The position numbers and the translations under genes are program-made. A model generated the notes under the pieces. The model saw only the letters and a program-made list of their open reading frames with translations. It did no database searches and was not told the origin of the DNA. A stretch of DNA of 41,924 bases, taken from NCBI RefSeq assembly GCF_006345805.1, contig NW_021836859.1:1-41924 (forward strand), given 5' to 3'. The DNA comes from Octopus sinensis (Eukaryota). Below are positions 24,214 through 33,920 of the stretch, piece by piece; within the stretch, counting starts at the first letter, position 1, and each line of letters opens with the position of its first letter.

Positions 24214-24720
24214 GTTTTTCACTTTCCCTAGCGTCAAACTAATACACCTGTTTGTTGTTCAAACACCTGTCTTCGTTTTTTGTTTTTCTATAAATTTCAA
24301 CTATATATATATTTATGTATGTATTAATGCGATGGGGATCAAAAGGTTTTTGACAAATTAACTTGGAAGCAATTACGCGTGTCCTTAGCTAACTGATTAC
24401 TCTGAAAATAAACGCCAAACGTCGCATGGATATCAGCTGAAAATATAGGATAGCTGTTTACACTTGACTGAACTAGAGCCACATGAGAAGATGTGTTTTG
24501 CTCAGGAACAACGCACCACCCGCTCCTGGAACCGAAACCACGATTTTGCGATCGTCAGTACAACACCCTAACCACTACGGTACACCCTTTCACATATGAA
24601 GTTGTAAGATACATGATACGTTTTTAAAGTATGATAATATTTACTGCTATAAAGCCCTACGAGGTTGTATAATACGATGATACGGTAACATTAATAAAAT
24701 ATTTTGTATATCATTTACAG

Positions 24721-24821
24721 AGCTGGTCGGATCGACGTCTCGCTTGGTATCCCACCAAACAGCGAAGCTTTCGCCTCAATAATATATCAGTATGGGAACC
24801 AAGTGTCTACTTCGTAAATGC
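24721..24821 (+). CDS. AChBP-like exon
   Basis: tttacag| SWSDRRLAWYPTKQRSFRLNNISVWEPSVYFVNA |gtaagt, containing W-x-D-x-x-L-x-W and W-x-P-x5-N; phases 0 and 2 match the neighbouring exons. Confidence 0.92.
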
Positions 24822-24881
24822 GTAAGTTTGAAAAAATGGTTATTTTTACTTTCATTTTAGCTTGGTTATTTTTATTTTCAT

Positions 24882-25420
24882 ACTAGCTTAAAAGCCGCAC
24901 TCCGTGCGAACTATTAAGCTAGCTCCTGCGGAGGGCTACTTGGGTCTGCGACAGCCCAAGACAAACGAGAGCTAAACAGCATGACTATGATACGTCTATG
25001 ATGACTATATGTCCCGGTGATGTTTGATCTGAGGTTAAGGACGGATGAAAATTAATTCTGCAATGGAATCATTCTGTTGTTCCAGTCCCAAGTTGAATCT
25101 CAACTGTTGACCTTTCTGTCTTAAAGTGCTTACCTAGACGAAGCGAATGTCATTTATCTCCCCTTGATCTCTGGCGTCATCTGACAAACGCCACCAAGAT
25201 GGCGTGAATCATCCAAGCTTTACCTGCTAGAAATAGCGATCCAAATGCTTTTTAATCAGATCCTAATGCTGGATGTTCAGGAACCAAATGAAGGGCAGAT
25301 TTTCAATGCCGGGATTACCCTGATTCCAAAAAGGTCTGATATGTCTATGTAGAGCAAATGTAGGCTGAGATACAGTTATCGCACCCGGACAGACAGAATG
25401 TCGCTTTTATTAATATAGAT
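24882..25420 (+). mobile_element. Helentron/Helitron-like non-autonomous element (intronic)
   Basis: Begins actagc plus hairpin cgcac-tcc-gtgcg; ends cggacagacagaatgtcgcttttattaatatagat. Same architecture as 31655-32023. Confidence 0.55.
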
Positions 25421-25684
25421 GGTAACTGTCGAACAGGCTTTCAATTGTTTGTTGGTTTACTGTATTTCTAACGGTGAGGACGACGAGGAATTGCTTGTGC
25501 AATTCAATGCAGAAGAAATACAATCGTTTATCCTTTATCCGTTTTTTGATTAATGCATAATAAAAAGCAAAAGCAAACATTAATATGCAACTTCTTGCTA
25601 TTTCCTGTAAATGTCTAATATAAAAGCAATTGTTTCAATTTATATATTTTTTCTCTTCCTTTTTTTTTCTATTCTATACATCAG

Positions 25685-25991
25685 TTTATCGGCAGTGGAC
25701 TCCGCCGCTGAACCAGCCATCAGACTGGAATACAACGGCAACTTGAACAAGTATCAGAAAATATCATTGAAGACATACTGTCCGACTGAAAAAGACCAGT
25801 ACAGTTTCTCCTGTCCGTTCATGCTGAAAACATATCCTTTGCCAAGCACACAAGAACGGCTGAGAGTAACAGATTTTGAAGTCAATGACAATTTTCAAAG
25901 CCACCAGTGGAATGCCGAGGTCAATACCAACAAGACACAGATTTATAATCAAGATCCTGTTGTACTTGTTATCGATCTCGAACTGAAATAA
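25685..25991 (+). CDS. AChBP-like terminal exon (Cys loop to beta10, then stop)
   Basis: Long pyrimidine tract then atcag|T (phase 2). ...IRLEYNGNL...LKTYCPTEKDQYSFSCPFMLKTYP...QWNAEV...LVIDLELK*; no convincing donor before the stop. Confidence 0.9.
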
Positions 25992-26142
25992 AAATGATTT
26001 GTGTTTAAGTTTAAAATATAATATAATTCACACCATGTCTCCATTTCTTTCTCGATTTCTCTGTCTTTCTCAGCTTGTCCGTCTACTAAAAGATGATATT
26101 CATATAATTTGAATTATCTCTCTTGGGGATCATGCACTAGAG

Positions 26143-26463
26143 CAGTGGTTTTCAGCCGGGGTCCATATGACCCTTCGGGGTCCATGTAAGACTTTTGGGG
26201 GTTCACACCAGCAAAATAGTAGACTGGGAATCCATCGTTGTATCATAAGGGTCCATGAAAAAAAATGATACTTTCGATGTATTTATTGCAAGAAGCCGCT
26301 CGCTCTCTTTCTCAAACGTTTTGCATCGTTCAGTCGACACAAGTGAATGTGTGAAAAAACAAAATAAAAATTTTGAAAGAAGTGTTGGCGGGAGACGGGA
26401 TCCACAAGAATAGGATAACAATCAAAGGGGTCCAGAGATTAAAAAATCGATTGAGAATCATTG
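26143..26463. mobile_element. hAT (Charlie-like) MITE
   Basis: TIRs CAGTGGTTTTCA / TGAGAATCATTG; 8-bp TSD-like cactagag / tactaggg with a CTAG core. Confidence 0.85.
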
Positions 26464-26831
26464 TACTAGGGTTTTACCAATTATCTGTCAGATAACACTG
26501 AGAATACTTGCCAAGTACAGATGATTTGTGTTTAAGTTTAAAATAGGATCTAATTGGTAATGTGTTTCCATCTTTCTGTCTATTTCTGTTTTTCCGTTCC
26601 CTGAAAGGAGATGACATTCCTATAATTGGAATTATCTCTCTTAGTTCCTATACAGTAGCGAGTTTTATCTCCCATACGGTAGGTAACGCAGCGAACATAC
26701 TTTCGCACTTATCGCCATTTGCAGATGAAAGCTGCCATCATTAATAGTAAAACGTTAATATTGTTATTAACAATATATATTTATCTAAAATATACAAAGA
26801 AGAAATTTATTTAAATCGATTTAATCTATAG

Positions 26832-27118
26832 GCGCAGGATTGGCTGTGTGGTAAGTAGTTTGCTTACGAACCACATGGTTATATATATTTTTTGTGTGTG
26901 TGTTTCTGTGTTTGTCCCCAACCCACCGATGTTGATGTGATTACGTCTCTGTAATTTAGTAGTTCGGCAAAAGAGACCGGTAGAATAAGTATTACCTTTA
27001 CAAAGAGTCCCGGGGTCGTTTTGTTCGACTAAGTGTCGAAACATGTAAAAGAAAAAATATATATATGTGTATGTGTGTGTGCGTGCGTGCGTGTGTGTGT
27101 GCGTGTGCGTGTGTGCTG

Positions 27119-27178
<60 letters not shown>

Positions 27179-27180
27179 TG

Positions 27181-27213
<33 letters not shown>

Positions 27214-27442
27214 GCATATATATATACATATATATATACATATGTATATATATGTATGTTTGTGTCTGTGTTTATCCCCACAACCAGTTGACAACCGGTG
27301 TTGGTGTGTTGACATTCCCTTATATAAGCGGTTTCGCACAAGAGACCAATAGAATAAGTACCAGGCTAGAAAAATAAATACTTGGCTCGATTATTTCGAA
27401 CGGTGCCCCAGCATGGTCGCAGTCTAAAGACTGAAACGAAGA
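26832..27442 (+). mobile_element. SINE family D pieces interrupted by microsatellites
   Basis: ggattggctgtgtggtaagtagtttgcttac head and gcaaaagagaccg(a/g)tagaataagta...ccagcatgg tail modules. Confidence 0.8.
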
Positions 27443-27630
27443 AAAAAAAAGTACCCTCCCTCCAAAAAACAAAACAAGAACAAAAAAATGCAGAATAGAA
27501 ATTACTGATTCTCATTCTCTAAATAAAATCGATTTGAAGTACGGTGGACATTTGTAAAATGTTCCAAGGATTCTCCATTTGAGGGTTTCCGAGCGAACAC
27601 TTGTACACACTCATATATACACATACAGTG

Positions 27631-28235
27631 AAGGCGCATGGCTTAGTGGTTAAGGCATTCGGCTCATGATTGTAAGGTCGTGAGTTCGATTCTCGGCGAC
27701 GCATTGTGGCCTTGAGCAAGACACTTTATTTCACATTGCTCCAGTCCACTCAGCTGGCAAAAATGAGTTGTACCTGTATCTCAAAGGGCCGGTCGTGTCA
27801 CACTCTGTGTCACGCTGAATCTCCCTGAAACCACATTAAGGGTACACGTGTCTGTGGAGTGCTCAGCCACTTGCACGTTAATTTCACGAGCAAGCTGTTC
27901 CGTTGATCGGATCAGCTGGGACCCTCGACATATGGAATACACAACTCCCTAAAACAAGCATTTCGTCGATTGCGGTGACAAGGGTTTCAGTTGACCCGAT
28001 GAATGGAATATTCTGCTCGTGAAATTAACGTGCAGCAAGTGTCTGAGCACTCCGCAGACAAGTGTACCCCTAACGTAGTTCTCGGGGAGATTCAGCGTGA
28101 CACAGAGTGTGACAAGGCTGGTCCTTTGAATAACAGGTACAATTCATGTTTGCTTGCTGATTGGACTGGAGCAACGTGAAATAAAGTGGTTAGGATATTC
28201 GTGAGCCGCATATGCTAATCACTTAGCCACGTGAC
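27631..28235. mobile_element. Two family C SINEs in tail-to-tail inverted orientation
   Basis: Plus copy 27631-27928 and minus copy about 27945-28235 share the gtgtcacgctgaatctcc... tail. Confidence 0.8.
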
Positions 28236-28556
28236 CTCGCACATAGATACTTAGACAGAACGATATCTCGACGAATAAAGATTTCCAAGACCTTTTTTTG
28301 GTATAAAGGACGATGAACAAAACAAGATACTTTCCATCACAACTTTTCTACCAAGCAAGTGGCTGGCCAGAGTTTACTCTTAATTAAAAGAGGAGAACGT
28401 AAATATATTCAAACTTATGTGTGTGTGTGTGAGTCTGTGTGTCCCCATGTACCCCACAACCGCTTGACAACCGGTATTGTTATGTTTACGTCCACCATAA
28501 CGTAACGCTTCTGCAAAAGCAACCGATGTATCAGGCTTAAAAAAAGAAAATAAGTA

Positions 28557-28829
28557 CCATAAATCCTCGAGTATAATCCTCATTTTTTCCCCCAAATTTA
28601 AAGGTCAGAATCCCTAGTGCGTATTATACACGAGGTTAAAAATGAAAATTATTTTCTAAGCAATGTCCGAGTCCCCATTTGCTGTCCGGCAATGTTTATT
28701 CAGACACATTTTGTGATGACGGGCGCGAAAATACCTTAAGCTAAGCCTGAAAGCAATGAAGTCATAAAAGGATCATCCATGACTTGCAATAAGCAACATC
28801 CCCTGCGTATTATACTCGAGGATTTAAGG
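28557..28829. mobile_element. Tc1/pogo-type MITE nested in a family D SINE
   Basis: TA|CCATAAATCCTCGAGTATAA ... TTATACTCGAGGATTTAAGG|TA; 20-bp TIRs with TA target. Confidence 0.9.
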
Positions 28830-29143
28830 TAATGGCGTTGATTCGTTCGAGTGAAATTCTTAAAAACGAGGCTCTGGCATGACTGAAATAAATGATACGC
28901 GATAAAAGGAAAAGTTATTTCCCTTGCATAGAAGGCGAAATATTTCTAAAGTTACTTCCCTTGTTTGGTACACTTAAAGATAGCTAACGGAGGCGCTGGT
29001 TCGTGCGCACATAGGATGAATTAGACATTTTAACGCACAGTTCAAACACAGTGACCAGGATTAGCATCTCTCCTTGGTCAAGAGACACCCAAATATCGAT
29101 CATTTAATGCATCGATTTATAAATAATATAGAAAGAAAGATAA

Positions 29144-29300
29144 CGTGGTTGTGTGGTATGTAGCTTGCTTACCAACCACATGGTTCCGGGTTCAGCCCCA
29201 CTGCGTGACAGCTTGGGCAAGTGAATTCTACTATAGCCTCGGGCCGACCAAAGCCTTGTGAGTGGATTTGGTACACGGAAACTGAAAGAAGCCTATCGTA
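29144..29300 (+). mobile_element. SINE family D 5' module
   Basis: gtggttgtgtggtatgtagcttgcttaccaaccacatggttccggg...gaaactgaaagaagcc. Confidence 0.85.
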
Positions 29301-29436
29301 TATATGTATATATATGCTTACTCTGGTATATATATATAGTTAATCCAAACATAAAAACACCAAGAGAAAACACAACGCGAGGACGTGGAACAAATATAGT
29401 ATTATTGGACGCTCAGGAAGGAAGGGAAGAAGGAGG

Positions 29437-29471
29437 GTTTTACGTTTCGAGCGGAGCCCTTCGTCAGAAAC
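29437..29471 (-). ncRNA. Minimal type I hammerhead motif, second family
   Basis: gttt-CTGACGA-a-gggc(tcc)gctc-GAAA-CG-TA-aaac; stem I gttt/aaac, GUA triplet, palindromic stem III. Confidence 0.65.
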
Positions 29472-29642
29472 ATAGGAAAAGGAAAGATCCAGAGAAGGGA
29501 AGACGGAGGAAAAAAAACCGCCAACGGTACACACACGGTCACATTTTGATATATATATATATATATATATATACCGGAGTAAGCACATAACTGTGAAACA
29601 AGGTGGAAAAAAAGAGTACTCAAATACAAGAGGTAAAGTAGT

Positions 29643-29805
29643 ATGCTTTATTTAAAAGCAGCAGCAATATAACAAAATCTGTTACTAAGAGTTTCATGTT
29701 CCCGTTCGTCGGACAGTTTTATTAAACAAAACTGTCCGACGAAAGGGAATGTGAAACTCTGAGTAACAACTTTTGTTATATTTCTGCTGCTTTCAAATAA
29801 AGCAT
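29643..29805. repeat. Palindrome with 78-bp arms (about 90% identical) made of two inverted hammerhead-like units
   Basis: Arms 29643-29720 and 29728-29805; each contains aactgt-CCGACGA-a(c/a)g-ggaa-(ca/tg)t-GAAA-ctc-t-(t/g)ag-TA-aca. Confidence 0.85.
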
Positions 29806-29821
29806 ATATATATACATATAT

Positions 29822-29973
29822 AAAATTATAATTAAGGGTATCTGAGAGATACCACCCTGCTGAAATAGCAGTCAAAACCTGACTCTAATCGAACATTTAT
29901 GTGGCTTTAGAGTCAGGTTTTGACTGCTATTTCAGCATGGTGGTACTTCTCAGATACCCTTAATTATAATTTT
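29822..29973. repeat. Palindrome with 66-bp arms (3 mismatches, 20-nt loop)
   Basis: aaaattataattaagggtatctgag...gactcta / tagagtc...cagatacccttaattataatttt. Confidence 0.9.
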
Positions 29974-30053
29974 AAATAATTATTACCTTTGTAACGTTTT
30001 TATTCCCATGCTGGCCCCTTGATAAGATCGATATTCAAATATCGATCTTATCC

Positions 30054-30092
<39 letters not shown>

Positions 30093-30334
30093 GGTTTCTT
30101 CCTTGGTTTGTAGTCTGTGAAGCAGAAAAATAATACTAGTCATCAACCAGCTGAACAGAAATGAAAATAAATTTATTCCTTCGTTTGAGAAGGGCCAATT
30201 CTGTTTTTGAATACAAATGTGTTATGGAAATTTTTCATTCATGCACGCCCTTCTCGGGTCAGCATAATTGCAGTTTAATGATCGAAACAAGTAAAAGAGG
30301 AAAGAAAAGATAAGACAACATTTGTGCGGTTGTG

Positions 30335-30856
30335 GATGTTTTGTAAGAAGTTTGCTTCTCAACCAAATGGTCATGGATTCAGTTGTGCTTTGTGGCACCT
30401 TGGGCTAGTAGCTCCTACTATTGCCCCAGCATGACCAAAGCCTTATGAGTGAATTTGGGAGATGGTAACTGAAAGAAGCCTGTCGCATATATATCTGTGT
30501 GTGTATCTCTTTGTCTGTGTTTGTCCTCCACCACCACTTGGTGTTGGTGTGTTTACATCCCTGTAATGTAACAGTTCAGCTAAAAAGATTAACAGAATAA
30601 GTTCCAGGCTTAAAAACAAAAATGTCCTGGGGTCGATCCATTCAGCTAAAAATTCTTCATGACTGCAGTCTGAACCAAGCAAAACATATAAGATTCCTTC
30701 TGCATAGGAGTGGCTGTGTGGTAAGTAGCTTGCTTACCAACCACATGGTTCCGGGTTCAGTCCCACTGCATGTCACCTTGGGCAAGTTACTATAGCCTCG
30801 GGCCAACCAAAGCCTTGTGAGTGGATTTGGTAAACGGAAACTAAAAGAAGCCTGTC
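30335..30856 (+). mobile_element. Two family D SINEs
   Basis: Degenerate copy at about 30335-30690 and a younger head at 30706-30856. Confidence 0.8.
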
Positions 30857-31472
30857 ATATATATGTATTTATATATATATATATATAAAATACAAAATGG
30901 GACAAGAATGCAAAACATCTGGACAAATAGGTGATACAAAAAGGGACAAAACATCCATATAGACGATACAAAAAAACAAGGATGGGTCATTCGAAGTTTT
31001 TTATCCTCAGTCAAGGACTGGATCATCCTCGCAATTTCGACTGATTAATCTTGAGATTGCTCCAATCTGGCCAGCTTCTTGCATGTCTGTGTTTGTTCCC
31101 CACAACATCGCTTGACAACCGATGCTGGTGTGTTTATGTCGCCGTCACTTAGCGGTTCGGCAAAAGAGACCAATAGGATAAGTACTAGGCTTACAAAGAA
31201 TAAGTCCTGGGGTCGATTTGCTTGACTAAGGTGGTGCTCCAGCATGGCCACAGTCAAATGACTGAAACAAGTAAAAGAGAAAACCACTAATTAAACTGCT
31301 AATAAACAATATTTTAATAACACCAAATAATAATAAAAAAAAAAACTAAAGCAATTTTTAATCTTCAAATCTTATTTAATTGTAAAAACCAACAATAAAA
31401 TAACCTAAAATAATTGGAACTAACTTTCACTGTTTTTTTTGAGGTTTTTTTGTTGATATTTAAATATTTTAT

Positions 31473-31478
31473 TTTATT
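31473..31478 (-). promoter_or_regulatory. Candidate polyadenylation signal of NDUFS5
   Basis: AATAAA on the minus strand about 15 nt after the stop. Confidence 0.45.
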
Positions 31479-31492
31479 TCTGGTCTTATGGA

Positions 31493-31588
31493 TTATCGAA
31501 TAACCTTTGCAGAGTGGTCTGGTGGTCGTTCCATATATTGACGACCTTGCTTGGCCCGTTCAGCCTGCATGGCTATATAACGTTGATT
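31493..31588 (-). CDS. NDUFS5: NADH dehydrogenase (ubiquinone) Fe-S protein 5, last coding exon
   Basis: NQRYIAMQAERAKQGRQYMERPPDHSAKVIR* fits the invertebrate NDUFS5 tail (KQ-x-x-R-x-x-AM-x-x-ER-x-KQ). It follows a long pyrimidine tract, but the junction reads TG; the in-frame AG alternative starts the exon at 31564. Confidence 0.85.
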   Translation of the reverse strand, partial: NQRYIAMQAERAKQGRQYMERPPDHSAKVIR

Positions 31589-31654
31589 CAAAGAAGAAAG
31601 AAAGAAAGAGAGAAAACAAATTATTAAATCATCGTAAAAAAGTTTTATAGAATA

Positions 31655-32023
31655 ACTAGCAGTATCGCCCGGCGTTGCTCGGGTTTGTTTCCACCTTTTA
31701 GAATTGGAATTTTTGAAAAGTAAAAATTTTCCATTATGTAGCTTGTTATTCTCTTTAAGTGAACATTTTTCTGGTTGAAATACACCGAAAAATGGCGACA
31801 CAGCAGTAAAAAAATCGTAAAAAATAGGGATTTTCATAGAAAAAAAAGCACCTTTTTGATGTAAGTAATTTTTGATGTTAACATGGTCTGATTTGAATTT
31901 TTTCTTCTACGGAATGAAGAGCAAGCCTTCTTCTATCATACAGGGTCTTGGAGGAGATAGTGTTTGTTGAAGGCTACCAAACATGCCACACACAGACAAC
32001 TTCAGCTTTATATATAGAGAGAT
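31655..32023 (+). mobile_element. Helentron/Helitron-like non-autonomous element in the NDUFS5 intron
   Basis: actagcagtatcgcccggcgttgctcggg hairpin start; cagacaacttcagctttatatatagagagat end. Confidence 0.65.
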
Positions 32024-32052
32024 TATACACACACACATATATATATAGGAGG

Positions 32053-32310
32053 ATTACTCTGTTGGTTATGACGACGACGATCGACGGAACAGCCTGCTCA
32101 TGAAATTTATGTGCAAGTGGCTGAGCATTCCACAGACACGTCTACCCTTAACGTAGTTCCAGGGGACATTCAGCGTGACAGCCAGCTGAATGCACTGGAG
32201 CAATGTGAAATAAAGTGTCTTGCTCAAGGATATAATGCGTCGATGGGAATTGAACTCATGACCTTATGATTGTGAGCCGAATGCCCTAACCACTAAGCCA
32301 CGCGCCTTCA
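32053..32310 (-). mobile_element. SINE family C
   Basis: Minus-strand head gaaggcgcgtggcttagtggttagggcattcggctcac plus central domain and tail. Confidence 0.85.
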
Positions 32311-32325
32311 CACTCATACACATGC

Positions 32326-32363
<38 letters not shown>

Positions 32364-32449
32364 CACAAAGGTGAGCACAGGTTTTTCATCACAACTGACC
32401 AATGAATGGGAATGTGAAACTGAGTAACAGTTTTGTGATAATTTTGCAA

Positions 32450-33030
32450 GGTGTAGCCATGTGGTAAGAAGCTTGCCTGCCAACCACATAGTTCTAGGTT
32501 CAGTCCTACTCCATGGCATCTTGGGCAAGTGAGTGGATCTGGTAGGCAGAAACTGAAAGAAGGCGGTAAGCTGGCAGAAATGTTAGCACATCGGGCGAAA
32601 TACTTTGCGATATTTCGTCTGCCGTTACGATCTGAGTTCAAATTCTGCCGAGGTCGACTTTGCCTTTCATCCTTTCGAGGTCGATAAATTAAGTACCAGT
32701 TATGCACAGGGGGTTGATATAATCAACTTAATCCTTTTGTCTGTCCTTGTTTGTCCCCTCTATGTTTAGCCCCTTGTGGGCAATAAAGAAATAAGAAACT
32801 GAAAGAAGCCTGTTGTATATATATATATATGTATGTGCCCCCACCATCACTGCTTGACAACCAGTGATGGGGTGTTTACATCCCTATAGCTTAGTGGTTT
32901 GGCAAAAGAGACCGATAGAATAAGTACTAGGCTTAAGAAATAAGTCCTGGGGTCGATTTATTCGACTAAAACCCTTCAAGGTGGTGTTCCAGCATGGCCA
33001 CAGTCAAATGACTGAAACAAGTAAAGGAAT
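32450..33030 (+). mobile_element. Family D SINE with a nested family A SINE (about 32562-32795)
   Basis: gaaactgaaagaag is repeated on both sides of the family A copy (TSD). Confidence 0.85.
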
Positions 33031-33263
33031 ATATACATAGCTCAGTTGCAGGATTCTTTAGAGTTTAGGTGTACCAACATGTAAGGAGCCAAGATGGGGC
33101 TGAGAATGTAGGATTGAACTTACAAGCTGAGGCAGCCTGCAATTGCTGTTTGTTAGTTCACAATGAATATATTACAGAAATGTACTTGCATAGCAAGTAA
33201 CCTGACCTGAGATCGTGTGCTCGAGCGAAAACAATTGCAGTGTGGAAGGCGTTTATAACCCAT

Positions 33264-33392
33264 TTAAGAAACATACAAAAGCCGTTAGATTCACTTCAAC
33301 ATTTAAATTTAATTTGTTAAAGCGATGAAAATATTTTGACAAATTAAATTTAAATGTTGAAGTGAATCTAACGGTTTTTGTGTGTTTCTTAA
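33264..33392. repeat. Hairpin with 57-bp arms and a 15-nt loop
   Basis: ttaagaaacatacaaaagccgttagattcac...ttgttaa / ttgacaa...gtgaatctaacggtttttgtgtgtttcttaa; 3 mismatches. Confidence 0.9.
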
Positions 33393-33784
33393 GTGAATTT
33401 ATATAAACTAACGATATATAAATACACATGGACAGATGTATGTCGTTGTTGCTATTATGCACAAGTGTCGTAAATCCAAAAAAGTTGCTTTCCTTTCAGA
33501 AAACGAAAAAATAGTTTCACCATTCAATAGCAAAACTATTTGATCACAATTTTGATATCTTGGCATCTGAAAATACAATAGATTGACCAAAAGAACCTGG
33601 CTGTTGCAAGCAAAAATAAATATTGAAAAAACACTTTTGGCTAAATTTGGACATACAACAGTTTAACATAATAGCAACATCATCGTCACTGCCGTTTAAC
33701 GTCTGGTTTCCATGCTAGCATGGGTTGAACAATTTGACTGAGAACTGGCGAGCCAGAAGGCTGCATCAGACTCCAATCAGATTT

Positions 33785-33920
33785 GAAATTTCCCCAAGGC
33801 TTGGAGGGTATATCAGCCGAAACGTTGAGTTAACAACAAACAAGATGAGGACAAATATCTGTCAAATGTAAATAATGTAAATAATGTACATAATTCCTCA
33901 TCTCTTAAAATATAGAACAG
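33785..33920 (+). mobile_element. Penelope-like terminal repeat copy with the hammerhead core deleted
   Basis: tttccccaag-[acacctgatgaa missing]-gcttggagggtatatcagccgaaacgttgag...; homologous to 11390-11537. Confidence 0.6.

Noticed and set aside
25611-25684. Apparent signal peptide MSNIKAIVSIYIFFLFLFF at the start of ORF 25611
   Set aside because: It is the intronic polypyrimidine tract; the real exon starts at 25685, in phase with the upstream exon.
26000-31400. Transmembrane exons that would make the Cys-loop gene a full receptor
   Set aside because: No R-R-x-P/TM1-type or other channel-like exon was recognised in the non-repetitive stretches; ORF 26562 is the duplicated 3' UTR.
31589-31837. 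N-terminal 83 codons of ORF 31493-31837
   Set aside because: Intron and Helentron-like sequence; only the last 31 codons resemble NDUFS5.
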